This document shows, piece after piece, positions 51,338-60,559 of a stretch of DNA of 64,000 nucleotides. The DNA is from Trypethelium eluteriae (taxonomy: Eukaryota). The translations under genes were made by a program, and so were the position numbers. How positions within the stretch are numbered: position 1 is the first letter of the stretch; each line of letters begins with the position of its first letter. Location of the stretch: NCBI GenBank assembly GCA_051942245.1, contig JAVECL010000031.1, positions 1 through 64,000 of the forward strand, written 5' to 3'. A model generated the notes under the pieces. It did no database searches and was not told where the DNA came from. It saw only the letters and a program-made list of their open reading frames with translations.

Positions 51338-54202
51338 TCAGGAAACTCCTGACCTATAATGGGTATCCTCGTCTTGGTCTCGACTCCCTTCTGTCCGTGG
51401 TCTCTTTCTCCACCGCGTCGTCGTACGCTCTGGCACACTCTGCGCCTGTTGCTGCAGCTGCACGTCTGCCTGTCCTTGGCTCCCATCCCACATAGCAGGA
51501 CTCGACGTTCCCATTTGGTTCAAGAATTGCGAGATGTCGAATGGGGTATCCGGAATCGTGGGTGTTGGGGCGATGGATGAGGTGTTTGACGAATTATTTG
51601 TGTTCGCCATTGATGCTGCTGAAGACCACACCGAATCTGTTGGCAGAGTCCATGAAGATCTCGAAGATGGGGGAGCTAGACCGAGGTTGAATGGAGAGAC
51701 GCCGCTGTTGTAGAGGTTGAGATTTGGCAAGCCCATGGCATTTGACGAGGCATCGAGGAGCATCGGAGAGGTCTGGGCAAGTAGCGGCTCCGACGTGTAC
51801 ACATCGCCGTCACCAGTAGCATCGGCAAGGCTTGTATCGGTCGGACCAACGATCGCACGGATGATATCCACGAGATGCTGCGTGATCCGGCCAACTCGAG
51901 TGCCATAGGCATCCATCCTTCCACGCGTTGAGGTCGGCGGTGGTGCATTCCGGAAGCAGAGAAGCAGGGCTTCAAGCAATGAGATGTCTTCATTGATTTC
52001 TTGCTGTCCCTCATCGTTCTGAGATGCAGGTGATGTAGATGGTGACTTTGTGCCACCCGATCCTATACCGAGAATGTGCTTTGCAAGCACGAAGAGTGCT
52101 GCAGTGGGGAATACGCTTGTGAGTCGGTGAAGTGGCAGTGGCGCCGAGATCGGGGCCTGACCGAGACTGGAGCTCGCGGGTGTCAAAGGTGCAGTCCGCT
52201 GCATCGGGTCGGTAATAGATGAAGGTGACGAGGCGGAAGATGATTGCGGTCGGACTTCTGGGGATGTGAAAGCTGAGGTGCTGAGCAGGCGATCTAATCG
52301 CTCTGTCAATGCCTCATTCAGATGATGGTAGCAGGATGTAGCCACAAGAAGACAGCTAAGGCGGGCATCATATAAGACTTGTGCAGGGATGGGGCAAGCT
52401 CCATCACTGGAGCTGTCAGTATTTAATGCTCGGATGCGCGTGCCAAGGAAAGACAGATGCAGTGAGACTTCGTCCACGGTGCTGGGTCTAGTAGATGAGG
52501 GAATTTTGTGTGTTTGTGACCATGCTTTCAATTTCTGCTGCAAGCGGGCGAGCGCAATCGGTCGTTCAGCCGTAGAAACTTCAATTGTACTTGTAGGGCA
52601 GAGCAGGCCATGAAATTGATCCTGCATCTTGGCCAGCTCCCAATGAGGTGCGTGAGCGTGAGGCTGGCTCGACAGGGCTCCCTGAGCCTGTGTAGCAGAG
52701 GTGGTGGCTGGACGACCTTCGGAGTAGTCGTTAGGAAGCCAGCTGAGCGCTCCAGATGCTGTAGTTGAGTACCTGTCTCGAATGTAGAGGGACCTGAACA
52801 CTTTGAGTCGCTCGTCTGTCTCGCCGGCTGAAAGATTCGAAGGGGCAAATCCGTAGCCTGCCTGCTGTAGACCCGTGGTTTTTGCCAGCATGCACGCCTG
52901 GGCGAACATGGAGTCGCCGAGAGTTTCATTATGATATTGCTGTGCGAGGAGGCTCTAAAGGACAATCAACGGCGTTAGTTAAGTTCCACAAACGATAGTG
53001 CCAAGTCAAGTGAGATCGGCCATGGCAAGACGGTCGGTAAACTTACGAGAAGAGCCAAGGCCTGCACGTTGACGAGGCGTTGGGACATAAAGAAACTTGG
53101 CTTCCTCGCAGCAACGTGTGCTGCCTGGAGAATGGGTCGCACGAAGGGGTCGTCGCTATGGACTGGATGCTCAGCACCAAGCGTAAGGAGGATTATGAGA
53201 TTAAAGCATAAGGCCCACGGTTCGGATGTAGGGCTGGATGGGTCTTTGTAGACGCGTTCGACTGCCTCGTAGACGCTTTCGCGAGAGAAGATATCTGTGG
53301 CGTAGTCGGCTTGTTTGAGGAAACTGTCCAACATGACGGAGAGAAATTGTCTAGGCGGTAAGCAGATGGTATCCTGCTGTCCTAGTCTGGACCCGAAGTC
53401 CAGGCTGTTGTCGGTCCCTGTATCGAGCAGCATCTTGTTAAGCAGACCGCCAACGACCTCGACATGGTTGCCAACATGCGAGCTCAAGTCGGCTGCAAAG
53501 TCGCGACATAGTGCGACGGGCGTCCATGGGCCATGGTATCTTTCAATCAGCGTGTCGCCGTCTCGAACAACATGGCCAGGGGTGGTGGGCGGGGTGGTCA
53601 AAGGTACTTTGTCGTCGAAGTTGTTTGGAACTCGGTCTACTGATGCGGATTCCCCCTCAACGTCGAGCTTCCGCCGTTCGCCAATATTCGACTCCTTGAA
53701 CATAGCCGTCAAAGAAGACAATTCCCCCTGCATTGTGATCAGGCGATCTTGAATGTCGTCGAAATTCTGGCATCTGCACATCATCCACGTGAGACATTTG
53801 CCGACGTCATACTCCGATGGTAGAGTCAGATTCACTTACAGCACTTTGACATGGTTCACTCTCTTGGGAGGTGAGGAGTAGACGCATTCGACTTGATCGC
53901 GGTAACAGCTGCTGCATTGTGGCTTTTCCCTCCTACATCGGATCTTGCGGGTGCGGCAGCTGTTGCAAGCGCCATCGTGGGCTGTCCAGTTCTAGAGACA
54001 GAGCACGTTAGCATTTTCTTTGTCGACCTCAACATCGAGTGCCCTCTTGCATACGATGGCTAGCGCTTGGGGTGTGCTCTTTTCGAGACTTGATTCCCGG
54101 GGTGCTTGGTTGTCGATCGACACGACACCCCACTGAGATCGGTCGTCCCTGGGCAGACCCAGGCTTTCCAAAACATGGGTTGGCCAATGGAGAGCCTTTC
54201 AT
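51338..54202 (-). CDS. Zn2Cys6 transcription factor with fungal-specific TF domain (cluster-2 regulator); 5' end uncertain
   Basis: An exon at ~53990-53840 (absent from the ORF track) encodes HDGACNSCRTRKIRCRREKPQCSSCYRDQVECVY. It splices to ORFs 52975..53835 and 51338..52909 (NVQALALL..FAQACMLAKTTGL..ERLKVFRSLYIRDR). The start ATG is tentative. Confidence 0.82.
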
Positions 54203-55673
54203 CCTTTGACAGACGTCTACTGAGGATGGTTGACGTGACCATCGCATGGCAGAGTGGACTTTTCTTTGCGCAGTATTGGAGAGACAGAGAGTGTGTAGCA
54301 CGGGTACGAGGAGCGGTGGGACTGACTGAATCACTTGCCTCTTTCTTGGACGTGCCCGCCATCGAACTCTAATAGCGGATGTGGGTCTCCTTGCTCATAG
54401 GCCTGGTCGTTGCTTGACTTAGGTCTTCCCCAGTCTGCTCGTCGGGTTGCTCAATTGCGGATCAAGCTGAGGGTTCGCGGGGTCGACGGCAGCATTAAAC
54501 AGCAACGATGGTCACACAGCAATACAGATTCGAAAGAGTATTTGAGCTTAACAATGCACATTAGGAAGTCTGCCCGCCTTATCAACATTGGCTGCCCACG
54601 TTTACGACCCAGGCTGACTGACTAAGGCTTCCTGCCGCATGGACATCGCATTTCGTACCGTCACCCTCGTGGGAGTGAGACAACGCCACCAACAATAAGA
54701 AACGAGCCCGAAATGGGATCAACGATTGAGCGGAGAGGGTCCAAGCGTCAGACTCTCGTCCATGCAGGGTCTGGTGGATCCGGTCAGACGGTGGGCACGC
54801 ACGCATGGACCCATGGTATGGTGGAGCGGGTGGAGTGGGTGGCTTTTTTGCAGAGCAGAGTAAGATGACGCCATGCTAGTGCGATGAGTAGCGTACCCTC
54901 CCAGACGGGACAGTGGAACCATAGGAGCGGTCAACGACCTGGAGCTGGATCTGCCAGGTGGGACCCTAGAAGCTGCGGAGGTGAGCCAGAGTCAGAGCGC
55001 GAGCCAGCATCAGAGTCAGAGCCAATGCCAGAATCAGACCCTGATCCGGACGAGAGCTGCGTCGGCCGCCTAAATTTGGAAAATGGCCCACCATATTTGA
55101 GTCGCGTAGATGATGATGAATCGGTGTATCTAATCTCTTCTCCAAACAGAGACATTTAGCCTAAATTTCTGGGCCAGTGAGGAAGATGAGAAATGCGTGA
55201 AATGCGTGAGATTCGTGAAATATCTACCTAGGTAGGAGAATCGCCCAACTGCTCATTATAGAGACCATATCGTACACTTACTATAGGATGGTGATAACAC
55301 CCAAAATTGGTACCTTGAGATGAATGTAATTTCCTTCTCAGTCTTCACCAAAATAGCCTCTCGAGCAGTGCATTTGTGCGCAGGTGTGTTTTCACCGGTG
55401 CCCAGTTGAGCGGGTATCACCCGAGCATCGTACTCCATAGGTACTCTAGAATATAGTATTTCCCAGTTGAGAAGGTAGAGCTCATCGCACATGGTTATCA
55501 CGTTTCTTTCTTTTATTTGCTTTTTCTCTCTTTTTTTTTTTTTTTTCCTTTTTTTTCGAAAAGCAGCACTACACACACACGGAATCTCGCGAGCGCGTGC
55601 ATCTACGGGCTGATGTCGGCAAACACGCACCTACGATTTATCTGAAGGCGAAGTGAGAAGCACGGTGCGAGAT

Positions 55674-55799
55674 CGGCGGCCGAAAGCCGACTTGCGCCCT
55701 GCACTGGCGGACGTTGGGACGGCTGGTAGCACATATCGTGGGAATATTAAGTAAGACTCCCAGGCTTCCTTTCAGCCCCCAACCGGGTCCCGAAAACCG
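55674..55799 (+). promoter_or_regulatory. Two putative cluster-2 TF sites CGG-N3-CCG-N4-CCG
   Basis: CGGcggCCGaaagCCG (55674-55689) and CGGgtcCCGaaaaCCG (55784-55799) upstream of the prenyltransferase. Confidence 0.65.
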
Positions 55800-55990
55800 A
55801 AAATGGTTTCAATATTGTAGATGACAGGATCGTTAAAAAGTTACGGTTCGTCTCCATGAGAATGTACCTTCTCTGTGAATCAGGTAGAGTTGAAGAAGAG
55901 CTTTCCTCACCTGGTTTTACGAAAGAATACCCCAATTTCTGATTTTTCTCTCTCTCGACCTTATACAACTCCCACAGTCAGGTAGCAAAG

Positions 55991-57385
55991 ATGGCGGTTG
56001 CGGCCCAGTCCCCAATCTTCCAGTCCATGGAGTCAGAGACTTCAAAGTCTAGGGCCGTGGACATGGCCAGTACGTCGCAAGGTCTGCCGTACTGGTGGAG
56101 TACCAGTGGACGCGATCTTGCCAACATGCTTCACGAGGCCAATTACCCCGAGGAAGTTCAACGTCACTTCTTGAGCTACTATCGAGATATCATTTGCCCC
56201 CGACTGGGAGGCCAGCCTGGCGAGGATTCTGTCAAGAGCGGGGTGGGCTGGGATGGGAACCCATTGGAATATAGCTTTGAGCTGAAAGGCACGACCAAGA
56301 CCCAGGCTGTTCGTTTCGTCGTTGATCTCACCCAGCTCCGCCCAGCGGACAGGAGCAGTCCTCTGAGCATGGACACCACGCAAAAAGTGGTGGACATGAT
56401 GGCAGACAAGGCACCGGGATTTGATGAGAACTGGAGCAAGTCGCTGCAGCGATGGTTCGTCTATGACCACCTATCTGAGGACGAACAAAAGGCCTTGATC
56501 GCCAAGGCAGGACAACAGACTTCTGTCATCCTGGGTTTCGACATATTCAAACGCGTTGCTGGCCCCGATGGGCTGCCGGTCATGGCCAAAGTCTACTACC
56601 CTCCCTGCTACACTGCCGCAGCCAAAGGAATTACCCGTTGGCAAGCCGTCCGTCAAGGTATCCAGCAACTTCCAGGCGTTAGCTCCTATCCCAACATCCT
56701 GAAGTCAACCGAGATCATCAACGACTACCTGTCTGACAAACCCAGAGAATGGCAGATGGGCACCCGGTACTTGGCCACTGACCTCGTTGGTCCGGAAAAG
56801 GCGCGCATGAAGGTGTACATGCGCTGCTTTGGACGGACCTTCGATGACATCTGGGACTACTACACCCTTGGCGGCCGAATCACCGGTGTCGAGGAAGATA
56901 AGGAGAAGTTCCGGGACATGATGAATTTCGTAAGCGGCACAAACAACTATGATGCAGAGATCTCCAAGCAGGACCCGCTGGACGAGACCCGATACCGATC
57001 GGCAACTGGCAAATTGACGGCCATTTACTTCTCAATCTCGGCCGACAACCCCATTCCGGCCCCCAAACTCTGCATCTACCCTGCCAACTTCGCACCCAAT
57101 GACGAAGTCATTGCCAAGGGACTGGATAAGTGGTTGACCAAATATGGGTGGCACCATGAAGGGGCCTCCATGGAGGAACAAGTGAAGAGAGTCTTGTACG
57201 TGCTTTCCCGCTAATCTGATTCGAGTGACGCTTCTAATCAAGGAAATAGTGACCATCGCCCACTGGGAAAGAAGACAGGTATTTTCACTTTCATCGGCAT
57301 CGGAAGGAAGGAGGATCCAACCAGCAAGGATCTGAGTATCCAAGTCTACGTGACCCCTGAGCTTTATGAGACCCCGCGGTACTAG
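55991..57385 (+). CDS. phnF: DMATS/ABBA-family aromatic prenyltransferase, PhnF-like
   Basis: Exons 55991-57195 and 57250-57385. YWWSTSGRDLANMLHEANY, WDGNPLEYSFE, AKVYY, LATDL..ARMKVY, YYTLGGR, PKLCIY..ND, IQVYVTPE. Confidence 0.85.
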
Positions 57386-57819
57386 ACGGCTGTGTTTGAA
57401 ATGTAGTGCACGGATATTCACCCTTTTTCGAGCCAATTGGGCAGTGGCGGTCACTGTGGGGTGGTTGTGTCTCCTGTCACAATTCTCTTGACGCTCTACG
57501 ACAATCTCATCTACCAGGCGAAAAAGTAAAAGGAGGGTGGGACTGGTGTCTTCGATTGTGTGACTTTGGTCTAGATAGAATACTACAAGAGTCTGAACTT
57601 CATGTTAAATGGTCAAATTGTATTACCAAGTCTGATTGTACGAGGTCGTTGCGTTCTTGCGGGGGGAATGTTCAGAGCAAACCGAATCTATCATCGAGTT
57701 GACAATGCTTCCGACAATCGAACCTGAGCGTAAGTCGTACTTGATCATCAAAGTCCCTTTGCACCCTCATGCGGCAGGTTTACGTTTGTCTTTAGTCGGC
57801 TATGTAGGTAGCTAATATA

Positions 57820-57871
57820 ACGTGTTTCACAAGTGAGCTGATCACCCGGGCGAGCTGATCAACCCCACCAC
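57820..57871 (+). repeat. Left terminal inverted repeat
   Basis: ACGTGTTTCACAAGTGAGCTGATCACCCGGGCGAGCTGATCAACCCCACCAC, with an internal direct repeat GAGCTGATCA x2. Confidence 0.95.
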
Positions 57872-57910
57872 GCGTCGCGCGTACGAACCTTTAATTCTCA
57901 ATTGACAACC

Positions 57911-59554
57911 ATGCAAGCTTCTAATAAGTCTAATCTTGAGGGAAGACTTTTATTAGCTATTCAAGCCTATAAATCCGGTGAAATTAAAAGTCTTCGTAAA
58001 GCTGCTGCTTTATACAACGTCCCATACGCAAGCCTTAATACACGCTACCACGGTACTCCTTCACGACGCGATACTCGACCAGCAACACGTAAACTTACTT
58101 TTACTGAAGAAGAAGTTCTTATTCAGCGTATTCTCGACCTTGATATTCAAGGATTTCCACCTCGAATATCTGTCGTACGAGAAATTGCAAATCTTATCCT
58201 CGCAAGCCGCGAAACAACCCCACTACAAACTGTCGGCAAAAATTGGCCTACAAACTTCGTGAACAGCTGCGATCAACTTCGTACGACATATAATCGAAAG
58301 TATGACTATCAACGATCACAATGCGAAGATCCAGTCGTTATCCAGGGTTGGTTCAATCTCGTACGAAATATGATTCGGAAATATGGAATACTTGATGATG
58401 ACATCTACAACTTTGATGAGACTGGCTTTCAAATGGGGGTTATTGGAACTGCAAAAGTTGTTACAGGGACTGAGAAAAGAGGTCGTACGAGGACTGTACA
58501 GCCAGGGAATCGAGAATGGGTGACTGTCATTCATGGAATTAATGCAAAAGGCTGGGCGCTTCCGGCGCTAATCATCCTAAAAGCAAAGCTTCACCAAGCA
58601 ACCTGGTATACTAATAACGACCTACCACGCGACTGGCGCATTGCTGTAAGTGAAAATGGCTGGACTGACGATCAGATTGGCTTTGAATGGGTTCAGCACT
58701 TCCATAAGCATACTGAGCGTCGTACGAAAGGTCAATGGCGCCTCCTTATCCTTGACGGCCATGGAAGCCACCACAGTGCTAGATTTGAGAATTTTTGCAA
58801 GCAGAACAAGATCCTTACGCTCTGTATGCCTGCACACTCATCTCATATCTTACAGCCACTTGATGTGGGCTGTTTTAGTCCACTAAAGCGAGCGTACGGT
58901 ACGCAGGTTGAAGGACAAATGCGACTTGGCATCAACCACATCACAAAAGAGGACTTTCTATCAATCTACTATATCGCGCACACTCAAGCGATTACAGAAA
59001 AGAATATCCTTAGTAGCTTCTCAGCAACTGGACTTGTTCCTTTCAATCCAGATTATATTCTTTCAACCCTAGATCCTGTCGTACGAACCCCAAGCCCGGT
59101 ATCTACACATGAGTCAATCTGGGAGTCAAAAACACCTCGTACGATGCCTGAAATCAAGCGCCAAGCAAAGCATATCCAAGAGCAACGCCGACTTCGCAAA
59201 AATAACTCAAAATCTCCATCGGATAGTGCCTTTAATCAGTTATTAAAAGGTTTTGAAGTGGCTGTACATGAGAGAGCAATTTTGATGGCAGAGGTCAAGG
59301 AACTCCGAGCTGCAAACAAGCGGCAGACACGCCAGCGAAACCAACATCGTACGACTATTGCAGATGGAGGTACCTTGAGCATCAGTGAGGGTCAGAACAG
59401 GGTTACTGAAGGCCAATTGGAGGAGCAAATTCAGAATGAAGTACGAATTGTTGAAGCGCGTGCTGGTCCAAGTCAGCCAAAAACACGTGCTGCACCTCGC
59501 TGCAGCTTGTGTAAATCACTTGAGCATAACGCAAAGACTTGTACAAGACGTTAG
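57911..59554 (+). CDS. Fot1/pogo DDD transposase (HTH-psq, CENP-B-like HTH, DDE_1, C-terminal CCHC)
   Basis: ATG at 57911. SLRKAAALYNVP, YNFDETGF, LLILDGHGSH, LQPLDVGCF, RCSLCKSLEHNAKTC. No internal stops. Confidence 0.95.
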   Translation: MQASNKSNLEGRLLLAIQAYKSGEIKSLRKAAALYNVPYASLNTRYHGTPSRRDTRPATRKLTFTEEEVLIQRILDLDIQGFPPRISVVREIANLILASRETTPLQTVGKNWPTNFVNSCDQLRTTYNRKYDYQRSQCEDPVVIQGWFNLVRNMIRKYGILDDDIYNFDETGFQMGVIGTAKVVTGTEKRGRTRTVQPGNREWVTVIHGINAKGWALPALIILKAKLHQATWYTNNDLPRDWRIAVSENGWTDDQIGFEWVQHFHKHTERRTKGQWRLLILDGHGSHHSARFENFCKQNKILTLCMPAHSSHILQPLDVGCFSPLKRAYGTQVEGQMRLGINHITKEDFLSIYYIAHTQAITEKNILSSFSATGLVPFNPDYILSTLDPVVRTPSPVSTHESIWESKTPRTMPEIKRQAKHIQEQRRLRKNNSKSPSDSAFNQLLKGFEVAVHERAILMAEVKELRAANKRQTRQRNQHRTTIADGGTLSISEGQNRVTEGQLEEQIQNEVRIVEARAGPSQPKTRAAPRCSLCKSLEHNAKTCTRR

Positions 59555-59627
59555 AAGTGTAATCTAATACTTTTTGAATCTATATAATCTAGTTGTGGAT
59601 AATTAATGGGTACAAAAGCATTGAGGG

Positions 59628-59679
59628 GTGGTGGGGTTGATCAGCTCGCCCGGGTGATCAGCTCACTTGTGAAACACGT
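59628..59679 (-). repeat. Right terminal inverted repeat
   Basis: Exact reverse complement of 57820-57871. Confidence 0.95.
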
Positions 59680-60559
59680 TAGTACGGGCCTGATTACATC
59701 ATCCACAGTCCGCCCCTTCCTGCCATAACACTTCGTTCACTGGTTGATCCGCCGGAAATCCTCGCAAAGGCGATCCGTCTTCAAGACATTAAATACCTGT
59801 GCAGAATACTTAGGCAGGTGGTCCGTCACAGTACATCGAAAGCGAGTATGCTCCTGTACTTGAACCCCAAGAGACTGAGTATTCTGACAAAGAGATCGCG
59901 AAGCTGCTAATTTTAGAAGCAAGAGATGCTCCTTGGATCTGCTCCACCTCGTACAAATTTGAATCGGCGACCTCAAAACCCGTTCATGACTACTCTTTTC
60001 GAGGAATGGATCAGAAATATGTGACTTCCGCGCGGTGGGCCTAAGGAGTTCTGCTGCTTCTGGCCCCCAAACTTCACTGCTGGCTAGCCAATCAGTGCAT
60101 AGAGAAGCCGCCTTGGGGGCTGATCTTGGGAACCGTCATGGACTAATCCTGACCGTTCTGTGCTGAAGCTTAATCCTTTTGAGGGTGCAATACGCGAATT
60201 GCCTCTACAATGGATCCTTCAAAGGCTCAGCTTGGTGTTTAAGATCCTCGCTTAACCCATTTGCCTTGTTTCTTTCTTTCAACTGCAAAACAGGCAACGA
60301 GGCTTAGTTGGTCAAATGTCGAAAGCCTATAAAATGAAAAGCCGAAGCCTCAACGATCTGAAAACCTGTACAGGTGATGTTCGCTAGGTCAAAGATTCTG
60401 CACGAAGCCTTGCGTGCACTGGTGAAGTTTTTTGAGCCATAACCATGCAGGCAAGCTGACTGGCCATACTACCTGATAGCTCCTTAACCTGGCGTTCTCT
60501 CTCACTCTTCAGATCTTGGATTTGCCCAAATACTGCTTTCCGTGCTCAAACAGGCTAAA

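Larger units (their letters stand above)
33852..57385. other. Putative prenylated phenalenone (atrovenetin/herqueinone-type) gene cluster
   Basis: NR-PKS + FMO + DMATS + DUF3237 is the combination known from the Penicillium herquei phn pathway. A shared promoter motif ties the genes together. Confidence 0.68.
57820..59679 (+). mobile_element. Full-length Fot1/pogo-like (Tc1-mariner) DNA transposon, 1860 bp
   Basis: Perfect 52-bp TIRs at 57820-57871 and 59628-59679. TA target duplication at 57818-57819 and 59680-59681. Single transposase ORF. Confidence 0.96.

Noticed and set aside
55521..55557. Poly-T tract (and poly-A at ~36981-37000)
   Set aside because: Ordinary homopolymer tracts in promoter or terminator DNA.
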